NCBI GenBank assembly: GCA_016704895.1
Contig: JADIZG010000017.1
Span: 1,061-65,060 of the forward strand
Source of the DNA: Betaproteobacteria bacterium
GTDB lineage: Bacteria > Pseudomonadota > Gammaproteobacteria > Burkholderiales > Casimicrobiaceae
DNA: 64,000 bases
Direction: 5' to 3'
How positions within the stretch are numbered: the stretch's first letter is position 1; every line of letters begins with the position of its first letter. A model generated the notes under the pieces. The model did no database searches. It had not been told where the DNA came from and saw nothing but the letters and a program-made list of their open reading frames with translations. The position numbers and the translations under genes were made by a program. Positions 42,767 to 56,527 of this stretch are shown here, piece after piece.

Positions 42767-43069
42767 GGTGTCTTTGCCTGTCGTCTTCGATGGCGGGGGC
42801 CCGTCCGGGGTTCGGTGCGGTGCGCCGTGGATCGATGGCTCCACGTTGCGCCGGGACATGGCTCCGCCGCGACGTAACAACCCGCTGCTGCAGTGCAGAA
42901 AATTCGCGCAACCGCTCCCGGGAACGTGCCCTCCGGACGGCGTCAGGCGCCCGCCCGGCGGCCAACGAACGAATATGCCGTTGTGCTATAAACGCCCGAT
43001 GAACGCCCTTGCGCGAGAGCCTGCCCGTCTCGTCCGCAGCCCGGCCGGAGACAGGAGCGGAGCGTTGCC

Positions 43070-44716
43070 ATGAATTCCGAAGCCGGCGCCCCCGCGGTCC
43101 CGCTGGCGGCGCCCGCGCCTCAGGTCGGCGCGGTGCCCGCACGCGCAGCCGGGGAGCAAGTCTCGCTGGCATTCGCGGACGCCGACGGGGCCGCCCGGTG
43201 GGCGGACGCGCTTCCGTTCGCGACGGTCGGGCAGGCCTACGAGGGCCTCGTCGGCCAGATCCGGGCAGTGACCGCGGCACCTTTCTCCGCGCGCGAGCGT
43301 GCGACGATCGCCGAGGTGCTGCGCGATCCCGCCGGCCACCTGCACACCGAGCTCGCGCGACGCTACGCCGGCAAGCCGCAGCCCGCCATCGGGCGCGAGC
43401 GCGAGGCGGCGGACCAGGCGATCACGCTCTGGCAGTCGATGTGGGAGCTCTATTCGAGCTGCCTCAAGCCGCTTCTCGAGGGTGACAGCGAGCTCGCCGG
43501 CGTCAAGGCGAAGCTCCTGCAGCGCGGTCTCCACGTCGGCAAGCAGCTCGTGCTGGTCCACGGGCTTGCGCGCCGCGTGCTGCCCCCGTCGCTGTGGCAG
43601 GAGCTGCATGCCTACTACCGGCTGGCCGAGATGCTGGACTGCGCGGTGACTGCCGTGTCGGACGACGCGACGCCCAACGCCGTCGGGATCTCCTGCTACT
43701 CGACCTACAGCCATGCGCTCCTGCTCGCGCTGGCCGACCCCTATGCGATGTCGGTGCGGCAGATCGAGCTCGCCGACCGGTGGCTCGCGCAGTGGGCGCG
43801 CAAGGTGTTCCCGTACGCGCAGCAGCGCGAGACCGAGGGCCCGGTGATCGTCGTCGACTTGGACGGCGCGTCGCCGGGCGTGCTCCTCGCGAGCGCGCCG
43901 CCGTCCGCGACTCCGTCGATGCGCTTCGGCTACCCCGGCAAGCTCGCCACCAGTGTGCGCGGGCGCCTCAAGCGCCTCGCCGGAGGCGCGACGCCCGCGG
44001 AGCTCGCGCTGGGGAGCGACCCGTCGGTCGAGCAGTGCGTCGCGCTGCTGTCCCACCTGGACGCCCACTGGTACCAGGCGCAGCGCCGCGACGATTCGAC
44101 GCGCGCCGCGATCGACGCTTGCGGAGGCGGCGTGCCGGGCGCGTACTTCCGCGTCGCGGGACGGACCTTCGACCGGCAGGATCCGCTCGGCAGGCTCTCG
44201 TACGCGAACTCGCAGCACCTCGCGACGCTGGGCGCGCTCACCGACTACGACCGCCACAAGGAAGACGCCGAGCGGCGCCTGCCGTGGGAGCGGCTCGAGG
44301 GCCGCTACAGCTGGCGCGAGGCGCACGTCACGCGCGCCGCGCCGACGCAGCACCGCTGGTTCCTCGAGCAGCTCGTCGTCGTCCGGGACGAGGAGCGCAC
44401 GCGGCTGGGCGTGGTGTCGCGCATCTCGCTCGGCCCCGACGGCGAGCTCGACGTCACGATGAAGCTCTGGCCGGGGTCGCCGAAGACGCGCGCGATGCGC
44501 CCGTTCATGACGGCGCATTCCGAGGATCCGCCGGTACCCTCGATCCTGCTCGCCGAGACCCAGGAAGAGCCTGCCTCGCTGATCGTGCCGCCGCGCACGT
44601 TCTCGCCGGGGCGCACGCTGCGCTCGATGGACGCCGGCCCCGAGCGCACCTACAAGCTCACGCGCCTCCTCCAGCGCGGCGCGGATTTCGAGCGCGTCGC
44701 GTTCGACGAGTCGTAG
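43070..44716 (+). CDS. conserved hypothetical protein (548 aa, cytoplasmic, no family recognised with confidence)
   Basis: Intact track ORF with coding-like composition. The C-terminal beta-rich part (WFLEQLVVVRDEERTRLGVVSRISLGPDGELDVTMKLW) is faintly PilZ-like. Confidence 0.65.
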   Translation: MNSEAGAPAVPLAAPAPQVGAVPARAAGEQVSLAFADADGAARWADALPFATVGQAYEGLVGQIRAVTAAPFSARERATIAEVLRDPAGHLHTELARRYAGKPQPAIGREREAADQAITLWQSMWELYSSCLKPLLEGDSELAGVKAKLLQRGLHVGKQLVLVHGLARRVLPPSLWQELHAYYRLAEMLDCAVTAVSDDATPNAVGISCYSTYSHALLLALADPYAMSVRQIELADRWLAQWARKVFPYAQQRETEGPVIVVDLDGASPGVLLASAPPSATPSMRFGYPGKLATSVRGRLKRLAGGATPAELALGSDPSVEQCVALLSHLDAHWYQAQRRDDSTRAAIDACGGGVPGAYFRVAGRTFDRQDPLGRLSYANSQHLATLGALTDYDRHKEDAERRLPWERLEGRYSWREAHVTRAAPTQHRWFLEQLVVVRDEERTRLGVVSRISLGPDGELDVTMKLWPGSPKTRAMRPFMTAHSEDPPVPSILLAETQEEPASLIVPPRTFSPGRTLRSMDAGPERTYKLTRLLQRGADFERVAFDES

Positions 44717-44741
44717 GTAGGGGTCGGTAGGGGTCAGAGCC

Positions 44742-44834
44742 GTCGGTAGGGGTCAGAGCCGTAACATTCGCCGGCACGATCGGCGGTCTGCGGTACCGGC
44801 GCACGCGAATGTTACGGCTCTGACCCCTACCGAC
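44742..44834. repeat. REP-like perfect 30-bp inverted repeat (33-nt loop), preceded by a tandem copy of its outer 19 nt
   Basis: GTCGGTAGGGGTCAGAGCCGTAACATTCGC (44742-44771) and its exact reverse complement (44805-44834). GTCGGTAGGGGTCAGAGCC is also present at 44724-44742. The element fills the gap between the stop at 44716 and the yyaL start at 44849. Confidence 0.85.
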
Positions 44835-44848
44835 AGACCCCTACCGAC

Positions 44849-46907
<2,059 letters not shown>

Positions 46908-47033
46908 TGCGGGTCAACGCGCGGGGCGGCCGGTCCGTTAGAGACTTCGACACCCGGCGACCCGCGGATGGCGGGGGCAGCGAGCTTCCAGTAACATAGG
47001 CCGGTTTCAACCCCTGCTTTGGAGAATTGATCC

Positions 47034-47357
47034 ATGAAGGTTTCGATGTTGGTCCTCGCCGGCGCCGCGATGCTCGCGGCCGGTGCCGCCCAAGCAAGCG
47101 ACGACGACGCCAAGAAGCTCCTCCAGAAATCCGGTTGTACGGCATGCCATTCGGAGGACAAGAAGCTCGTCGGCCCGGCCTACAAGGACGTGGCGGCCAA
47201 GTACAAGGGCGACGCCGCCGCGGCCGGCAAGCTCGCCGAGAAGGTCAAGAAGGGCGGATCGGGCGTCTGGGGCCCGGTGCCGATGCCGCCGAACGCGAAC
47301 GTCAAGGACGACGACATCAAGACGATGGTCGCCTACGTCCTCGCGCTCAAGAAGTAA
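47034..47357 (+). CDS. class I cytochrome c (c551/c552-type)
   Basis: Track ORF of 107 aa with a signal peptide, CTACH haem motif, GPVPMPPN Met ligand region, and RBS GGAG upstream. Confidence 0.85.
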   Translation: MKVSMLVLAGAAMLAAGAAQASDDDAKKLLQKSGCTACHSEDKKLVGPAYKDVAAKYKGDAAAAGKLAEKVKKGGSGVWGPVPMPPNANVKDDDIKTMVAYVLALKK

Positions 47358-47386
47358 GCGTCAGTAAGCACTAGCTTCACCGACAG

Positions 47387-47415
47387 AGCCGGCCTCGGGC
47401 CGGCTTTGTCGTTTC
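47387..47415 (+). terminator. rho-independent terminator after the cytochrome c gene
   Basis: AGCCGGCC-TCG-GGCCGGCT stem-loop followed by TTGTCGTTTC. Confidence 0.6.
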
Positions 47416-47544
47416 TGGGGTGCCGCGATGGCCCTTGCGGCCCGATGCCGCCCGCCAGGCGTCCGGTCCCGGACGCCGGGGTGCCCGCGCACGCCTCCCC
47501 ATCGCGCTTCCTGGAGGCGAGAACCTGGCAGGCCGGTCGCGGCA

Positions 47545-47610
47545 CCCCCCCCCCCCCGGCCCGGGCCCTCTCCCTCTCCCGCTTGCGGGAGAGGGTCGGG
47601 GTGAGGGTGC
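47545..47610. repeat. C13 homopolymer plus REP-type hairpin (CTCTCCCGC-TT-GCGGGAGAG)
   Basis: C run at 47545-47557. A 9-bp stem at 47574-47593 lies inside CCCTCTCCCTCTCCCGCTTGCGGGAGAGGGTCGGGGTGAGGG, a motif type common as intergenic REP in GC-rich proteobacteria. Confidence 0.6.
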
Positions 47611-47699
47611 CGGCTTCGCCGCAGAAACCTCTGCTGAGTTTCATCGCTAATCAGGTCGCGCTTTGACCCATCCGGCGAGGCGCGGTACATTCGCCCCGC

Positions 47700-47920
47700 T
47701 CCCCGCAGGAGAGCGCGCCGGCCGGACACAGGCAGCGGCGCCGCCGAAGGCGTAATCCCCGAAGATCGCTCAGGCAAAAGGACTGCGGGCAGGACGAGCC
47801 ATCTGGAGAGCGGTCGCGCGGGCGAGCCGGAGTCGGCAGCCGCGACGGCCCACCGAAGGGGCACCCGGCGCGGGACGTCCGCCGCCGGCAATCTCTCAGG
47901 TAAAAGGACAGACGGGGCGG
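47700..47920 (+). promoter_or_regulatory. tandem glycine riboswitch (two aptamers) upstream of gcvT
   Basis: Aptamer 1: GGAGAGCGCGCC ... CGCCGAAGGCG ... CTCAGGCAAAAGGAC (about 47707-47785). Aptamer 2: CTGGAGAGCGG ... CACCGAAGGGGCA ... CTCAGGTAAAAGGACAG (about 47803-47912). These are the conserved GGAGAG / CCGAAGG / CTCAGG-AAAAGGAC cores. Confidence 0.8.
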
Positions 47921-47973
47921 AACGGCGTGGCGCCGTGCCGCCCACGCATCGCTGTCCCGCGCCGGAGGTCGTC

Positions 47974-49178
47974 GTGCCGAAAACCACCCCCCTGAACGCG
48001 GTCCACCGCGCCGCCGGCGCGCGCATGGTCGACTTCGGCGGCTGGGACATGCCGCTGCACTACGGCTCGCAGATCGACGAGCACCACGCGGTGCGTCGCG
48101 ACGCGGGCATGTTCGACGTCTCGCACATGCGCGTCGTCGACGTGGAAGGGATGTGACCCCCCCGGAGCTCGCGATGCGAGCCGCCCCCCAGGGGGCCCCG
48201 CGTGCTCGGGGCGGCCCATGGGGGGGAGCCCAGGGCCCGCGTGCTCGGGGCGGCCCATCGCACGCGGATGTCCGAGCCTTCCTGCGCGGCGCGCTCGCGA
48301 ACAACGTCGACAAGCTCACGGTGCCCGGCAAGGCGCTCTACACGTGCATGCTCGACGAGAGCGGCGGCGTGCGCGACGACCTGATCGTCTATTTCCTGCG
48401 CGAGGACTTCTTCCGGCTCGTCGTCAACGCGGCGACGGCGGACGCGGACGTCGCCTGGCTGTCCGCGCTGCGCGACGCGCGCAGTCCCGGGATGTCGATC
48501 CGGCCGCGGACCGACTTCGCGATGATCGCCGTGCAGGGGCCGAACGCGCGCGCGAAGGCCTGGCAGGCGCTGCCCGGCAGCGAGGCCGCGACCTCCGCGC
48601 TCAAGCCGTTCTCGGCCGCGATGTGGGACGACTGCTTCATCGCGCGCACCGGCTACACGGGCGAGGACGGATTCGAGATCGTGATGCCCGCGGCGCGCGC
48701 CGCGGAGGTCTGGGCCGCGCTCGTCGCGGCGGGCGTGAAGCCCTGCGGACTGGGCGCGCGCGACACGCTGCGCCTCGAGGCCGGGATGAACCTGTACGGC
48801 CAGGACATGGACGCGCGCACCTCGCCGCTCGAGTCCGCGCTCGCGTGGACCGTCGACCTCGAGAGCCCGCGCGACTTCGTCGGCAAGGCCGCGCTCGTCG
48901 CCAACCCGCCGGTGCGCCAGCTCGTCGGCCTCCTGCTCCTCGACGGCGGCGGCGTGCTGCGCGCGCATCAGGCGGTGCGCACCGCGCAGGGCGCGGGCGA
49001 GATCACCAGCGGCACGTTCAGCCCGACGATGTCGCGCTCGATCGCGCTCGCGCGCGTGCCTGCAGGCGTCGCGACCGGCGACGTCGTCGAGGTCGAGGTG
49101 CGCGACAAGCGCCTGCGCGCGCGCGTCGTGAAGCCGCCGTTCGTGCGCAACGGCGCGGTCAAGGTGAGCGTCGAGTGA
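47974..49178 (+). CDS. gcvT: glycine cleavage system aminomethyltransferase GcvT, interrupted by a 113-nt insertion (two ORFs as given)
   Basis: GTG 47974 (RBS GGAGG) gives [59 protein letters not shown], then a stop at 48154. The protein resumes in track ORF 48153..49178 at [18 protein letters not shown]... through the normal C-terminus. Confidence 0.85.
48151..48263. repeat. GC-rich structured insertion inside gcvT, containing a 23-nt direct repeat and short palindromes
   Basis: CCCGCGTGCTCGGGGCGGCCCAT occurs twice (48197-48219 and 48236-48258). Palindromes are GCTCGC-GAT-GCGAGC and CCCCC-A-GGGGG; runs are C7 and G7. GGATGT is present at both borders (48149 and 48266). Confidence 0.7.
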
Positions 49179-49714
49179 CCGAGCCGACGATCCGGCCGCT
49201 GGTCGCGGGCGACCTCGTCGCCTACCGCAGCCTCCGGCTGCGCGGCCTCGCCGAGCACCCGGAAGCCTTCACGTCGAGCGCTTCCGAGGAGGCCGCCCGA
49301 CCGGCGGACGCGCTCGCGAAGCGCCTCGCCGCGGATCCCTCGCGGCCCCACGACGCGGTGTTCGGCGCCTTCGACGGAGCCACGCTCGTCGGCCTGTGCG
49401 GCGTCGACGTCGACATGCGCGAGAAGGTGCGCCACAAGGGCCACGTGTTCGGCCTGTACGTGCCCGCCGAGCAGGCGGGCAGGCGCGTCGGCGGCGCGCT
49501 GATGGACCGCGTGATCGGGCACGCGCGCGCCGCCGGCCTGCGGCAGCTCGTGCTCACCGTCACCGCCGACAACGCGCCGGCGCGCCGCGTGTACGAGCGC
49601 GCCGGCTTCGGCGTCTGCGGCCGTGAGCCGCAGGCGGTGCGCATCGGCGACCGCGCGTACGACAAGCTCGCGATGATCCTGTTCCTGCCCGCGGCGCGCG
49701 CGCCGCGCGGCTGA
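49175..49714 (+). CDS. GNAT-family N-acetyltransferase
   Basis: GTG 49175 overlaps the gcvT stop (GTGA). The C-terminal part of track ORF 48218..49714 reads [55 protein letters not shown], the acetyl-CoA binding motif A region. Confidence 0.75.
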   Translation: MTEPTIRPLVAGDLVAYRSLRLRGLAEHPEAFTSSASEEAARPADALAKRLAADPSRPHDAVFGAFDGATLVGLCGVDVDMREKVRHKGHVFGLYVPAEQAGRRVGGALMDRVIGHARAAGLRQLVLTVTADNAPARRVYERAGFGVCGREPQAVRIGDRAYDKLAMILFLPAARAPRG

Positions 49715-49738
49715 TTCCCACCCACGTCCGGAGACGCG

Positions 49739-50119
49739 ATGAACATTCCCGCCCACCTGCGCTACACCTCGAGTCACGAATGGCTGCGCCGCGAGTCCGA
49801 CGGCACGGTCACCGTCGGCATCACCGACCACGCGCAAGGCGCGCTCGGCGACCTCGTCTTCGTCGAACTGCCCGCGGTCGGCCGCAAGGTCGCCGCCGGC
49901 GAGGCCTGCGCGGTCGTCGAGTCGGTGAAGGCCGCCTCCGACGTGTACGCGCCGCTCGCCGGCGAGGTCGTCGCCGCGAACGAGGCGGTGCCCGCTGCGC
50001 CCGAGGCCGTGAACCAGGACGCGTACGCCGCGTGGCTGTTCCGCATCAGGCCGACGGATCCGGCCGCGATGGACGCGATGCTCGACGCCCGCGGCTATCA
50101 GGCGGTGATCGGCGACTGA
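49739..50119 (+). CDS. gcvH: glycine cleavage system protein H
   Basis: Track ORF of 126 aa; [12 protein letters not shown] is the lipoyl-lysine motif. Confidence 0.95.
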   Translation: MNIPAHLRYTSSHEWLRRESDGTVTVGITDHAQGALGDLVFVELPAVGRKVAAGEACAVVESVKAASDVYAPLAGEVVAANEAVPAAPEAVNQDAYAAWLFRIRPTDPAAMDAMLDARGYQAVIGD

Positions 50120-50157
50120 CGCCGCGCCCGCGCCCCTCTTCCAGGACGACCCGCCCC

Positions 50158-53085
<2,928 letters not shown>

Positions 53086-53087
53086 CG

Positions 53088-54356
53088 ATGCGCGTCCTCG
53101 TCCTGGGCGGCGGCGTCGTCGGCGTCACCGCCGCGTGGTATCTCGCCGCCGACGGCCACGAGGTCACGCTCGTCGACCGCCAGCCCGGCGCGGCGCTGGA
53201 GACCTCGTACGCGAACGGCGGGCAGATCTCGGCGTCGTACGCGGAGCCCTGGGCGAATCCCGAGGCGCCGCTCAAGGTGCTGAAGTGGCTGGGCAAGGAG
53301 GACGCGCCGCTGCTCTTCCGGCTGCGCGCGGACTGGCGGCAATGGCGCTGGGGGCTGCAGTTCCTCGTCGAGTGCCTGCCGTCGCGCACGCGCCACAACA
53401 CGATCCAGTGCCTGAACCTCGCGCTCTACTCGCGCGACTGCCTGAAGGCGCTGCGCGCGGCGACCGGCATCGCGTACGACCACCTCGAGCGCGGCATCCT
53501 GCAGTTCTACACCGACGCGAACGAGTACGAGCACGGCGTCGCGGCCGCGGCGCTGATGCGCGAGTACGGCTGCGACCGCGTCGTCCGCTCGGCGGACGAG
53601 TGCGTCGCGATCGAGCCGGCGCTCGCCGCGTGCCGCGACCGGATCGCCGGCGGCATCTACACGGCGAGCGACGAGACGGGCGACGCGCACGCGTTCACCG
53701 TCGAGCTCGCGAAGCTCGCCGCGACGCGCGGTGCGGCGTTCCGATGGGGCGCGACCGTCGAGGCGATCGAGACGGCGGGCGACACGGTCTCCGGCGTGCG
53801 CGTGCGGGACGCCGGCGGACGGGCCGAGACGCTGTCGGCCGACGCGGTGGTCGTCGCGCTCGGAAGCTACAGCCCGTTCCTGCTCGATCCGATCGGCGTG
53901 CCCTGCGGCGTGTATCCGGCCAAGGGCTACTCGATCACGCTCGACGTCGGCGACCATCGCGGCGCGCCGACGGTCTCGCTCACCGACCTCGCGTGGAAGA
54001 TCGTGCTGACGAGGCTGGGCAACCGCCTGCGCGTCGCGGGCACGGCCGAGCTCGACGGCTGGAACCTGGCGATGAACGATCTGCGCTGCCGGTCGCTCGT
54101 CCGGCGCACGTTCGACCTGTTCCCGGACGCCGCGGAGCGCGACAGCGCGGTGTTCTGGACGGGCCTGAGGCCCGCGACGCCGTCGAACGTGCCGCTGATC
54201 GGGCGGACGCGCTACCGCAACCTCTGGCTCGACACCGGGCACGGCACGCTCGGCTGGACGATGGCCTGCGGCTCCGGGCGCGCGCTCGCCGACCTCGTCG
54301 CCGGGCGGCGGCCGGACGTCGACTTCGCGTTTCTCGGCGAGCGCCGAACAGTGTAA
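53088..54356 (+). CDS. dadA: D-amino acid dehydrogenase-like FAD oxidoreductase
   Basis: ATG 53088 (2 nt after the gcvP stop) within track ORF 50583..54356. MRVLVLGGGVVGVTAAWYLAADGHEVTLVDRQPGAALETSYANGGQIS closely parallels the DadA N-terminus. Confidence 0.8.
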   Translation: MRVLVLGGGVVGVTAAWYLAADGHEVTLVDRQPGAALETSYANGGQISASYAEPWANPEAPLKVLKWLGKEDAPLLFRLRADWRQWRWGLQFLVECLPSRTRHNTIQCLNLALYSRDCLKALRAATGIAYDHLERGILQFYTDANEYEHGVAAAALMREYGCDRVVRSADECVAIEPALAACRDRIAGGIYTASDETGDAHAFTVELAKLAATRGAAFRWGATVEAIETAGDTVSGVRVRDAGGRAETLSADAVVVALGSYSPFLLDPIGVPCGVYPAKGYSITLDVGDHRGAPTVSLTDLAWKIVLTRLGNRLRVAGTAELDGWNLAMNDLRCRSLVRRTFDLFPDAAERDSAVFWTGLRPATPSNVPLIGRTRYRNLWLDTGHGTLGWTMACGSGRALADLVAGRRPDVDFAFLGERRTV

Positions 54357-54369
54357 GGTTCGCCTCGCC

Positions 54370-55128
54370 ATGCCCGCCCTAGCCACGCTCAATCGCTTCC
54401 AGGCCGCCGGCATCCACCTCGCGATCTCGGTCCTGGTCGCTGCGGTGGTGCTCGCGGCGCTCCTGCTCGTCTGGTACCCGCAGCCGTACTTCCGGCTGGC
54501 CGGCGGGGCCGGGCTCATGATGATCCTGATCGGCGTCGACGTCGTGATGGGGCCGCTCCTGACGCTCGTGGTGTTCAATCCGGCGAAGAAGAGCCTGCGG
54601 CTCGATCTCGCGGTGATCGTGGCGCTGCAGGTCGCGGCGCTGATCTACGGCATCACGGTGATCGCGCAGGCGCGTCCCGTCTTCGTCGTGTTCGCGGGGG
54701 AGCGCTTCACCGTCGTCCCGGCCAACGCGATCGACCCCGAGTCGCTCGCGTCCGCGAAGCCCCCGTTCGACACGCTGCCGATCAACGGCCCCCGGATCGT
54801 GGGCGCGCGCCTCCCGGACGACCCGGCGGGTCGCGAGCGGGCGATGCTGCTCGCCGCGGCCGGGATCGACCTGCCGATGCTGCCGCGCTACTACGTGCCG
54901 TTCGCCGAGATCGTCGGCCAGCTCAAGGCGAAGGCGCGGCCGATCGAGGAGCTCGAGCGGCTCAATCCGCAGGCGCCCGGCACGGTCGCCGCGGCGATCG
55001 CGCGATCCGGACGCACGCGCGAATCGCTCGCGTGGGTGCCGGTCGTCGGACGCCTGGAAATCGGTTCCGCGATCGTCGACACCGCGCGCGGCGAGGTCGT
55101 GGCCGTCCTCCCGATCAGCCCGTTCTGA
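54370..55128 (+). CDS. TfpX/TfpZ-family type IV pilin accessory-like membrane protein
   Basis: Track ORF of 252 aa. AAGIHLAISVLVAAVV..WYPQPYF..GVDVVMGPLLTLVVFNPAKKSLRLDLAVIVALQ..ARPVFVVFAGERF matches my recollection of this family. No pilin gene is nearby. Confidence 0.55.
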   Translation: MPALATLNRFQAAGIHLAISVLVAAVVLAALLLVWYPQPYFRLAGGAGLMMILIGVDVVMGPLLTLVVFNPAKKSLRLDLAVIVALQVAALIYGITVIAQARPVFVVFAGERFTVVPANAIDPESLASAKPPFDTLPINGPRIVGARLPDDPAGRERAMLLAAAGIDLPMLPRYYVPFAEIVGQLKAKARPIEELERLNPQAPGTVAAAIARSGRTRESLAWVPVVGRLEIGSAIVDTARGEVVAVLPISPF

Positions 55129-55233
55129 CGCGGCGGCCTTCGGGTTCCGCTCGACGTCGCCGCTCCGTGGCCCCCGGGAGAGCGCGTCGCGGGCGGCGCT
55201 ATAATTTCGCTCCCCTCCGACCGCGCCTCCCGA

Positions 55234-56367
55234 ATGCTCCGTTTCCTCGCGGCGCTCGCGTTTTCCGCCTGCGCGCTCGCATCGACGTCCGCCCCGGCGC
55301 AGGCGCCCGCGCCGCCCGCGATCGCCGCCGCCGCATGGACGCTCGTCGACGTGACGAGCGGGCAGACGATCGCGTCGCACCAGGCCGACGAGCGGCGCGA
55401 TCCCGCCTCGATCACGAAGCTGATGACCGCGTACGTCGTCTTCGGGGCGCTGCGGCAGAAGTCGATCGTCCCGTCGCAGATGGTGAGCGTTTCCGAGCGT
55501 GCGTGGCGCGCCGAGGGATCGCGCATGTTCATCGAGCCGCGCAAGTCGGTGTCGGTCGACGAGCTGTTGCACGGCATGATCGTGCAGTCGGGCAACGACG
55601 CCTCGATCGCGCTCGCCGAACTGGTCGCGGGGTCGGAGCCCGCGTTCGTCGAGCGCATGAACCAGGAGGCGAAGCGCCTCGGGATGGCGAGCACGCAGTT
55701 CGTGAACGCGACCGGGCTCGCCGATCCGCAGCACTGGTCGACCGCGGGCGACGTCGCGACGCTCGCGCAGGCCGTGATCCGCGACTACCCCGAGTACTAT
55801 CCGCTCTACTCGCTGCGCGAGTACCGCTACAACAAGATCACGCAGCCCAACCGGAACCGCCTCCTGTGGTCCGATCCGTACGTCGACGGCATGAAGACCG
55901 GGCACACCGAGGCCGCGGGCTGGTGCCTCGTCGCCTCGGCGAAGCGCGGCGAGCGGCGCCTGCTGTCGGTGGTGCTGGGCGCGCTGTCCGACGCGGCCCG
56001 CGCGGCGGAGAGCCAGAAGCTGCTGAACTTCGGCTTCCAGGCGTTCGACACCGTGCAGCTCTACCAGTCGGGCAAGCCCGTGTCCGCGCTCAGGGTGTGG
56101 AAGGGGGCGGAGCGGGAGGTCAACGCCGGATTCCTCGCCGACCGCTACATCACGCTTCCGCGCGGCCGCGCGGGCGACCTCAAGCTGACGCTGGAGGCGC
56201 TCGAGCCGCTCGTGGCCCCGGTCTCGCGGGGGCAGCGCGTCGGCGTCGTCCGCGTCGCGCTCGATGGCCGGGCGATGGCCGAGTTTCCGCTGATCGCGCT
56301 CGACGAGGTCGGCCCGGCGAACGTCTTCGTCCGCGCGTGGGACAGCGTGCGCCTTTGGTTCAAGTGA
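55234..56367 (+). CDS. D-alanyl-D-alanine carboxypeptidase (PBP5/6 class)
   Basis: Track ORF of 377 aa with a signal peptide and the SITK, SGND and KTGHT active-site motifs. Confidence 0.9.
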   Translation: MLRFLAALAFSACALASTSAPAQAPAPPAIAAAAWTLVDVTSGQTIASHQADERRDPASITKLMTAYVVFGALRQKSIVPSQMVSVSERAWRAEGSRMFIEPRKSVSVDELLHGMIVQSGNDASIALAELVAGSEPAFVERMNQEAKRLGMASTQFVNATGLADPQHWSTAGDVATLAQAVIRDYPEYYPLYSLREYRYNKITQPNRNRLLWSDPYVDGMKTGHTEAAGWCLVASAKRGERRLLSVVLGALSDAARAAESQKLLNFGFQAFDTVQLYQSGKPVSALRVWKGAEREVNAGFLADRYITLPRGRAGDLKLTLEALEPLVAPVSRGQRVGVVRVALDGRAMAEFPLIALDEVGPANVFVRAWDSVRLWFK

Positions 56368-56403
56368 GGTCGAATGAGCAGCGTCGGCCGCGAGGAAAGC
56401 AGG

Positions 56404-56492
56404 GTCAGAAAAAGCAGGGTCAGACTCGACTTTGCCCGAACGCATGGCGGCAGTGTTCGGGCAAAGTCGAGTCTGACCCTGCTTTTTCTGAC
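56404..56492. repeat. perfect 38-bp inverted repeat (13-nt loop), REP-like / bidirectional terminator candidate
   Basis: GTCAGAAAAAGCAGGGTCAGACTCGACTTTGCCCGAAC (56404-56441) and its exact reverse complement (56455-56492). It lies between the carboxypeptidase stop and the dat start. Confidence 0.85.
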
Positions 56493-56527
56493 GCTGCCGT
56501 TTTCCCGGATGCGTGGAGGAGGGATCG

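Noticed and set aside
47361-48331. Minus-strand ORFs of 226-229 aa overlapping the riboswitch and the gcvT 5' end.
   Set aside because: Their composition is Arg/Pro/Ala junk and they lie antisense to a riboswitch and gcvT. They have no start signals.
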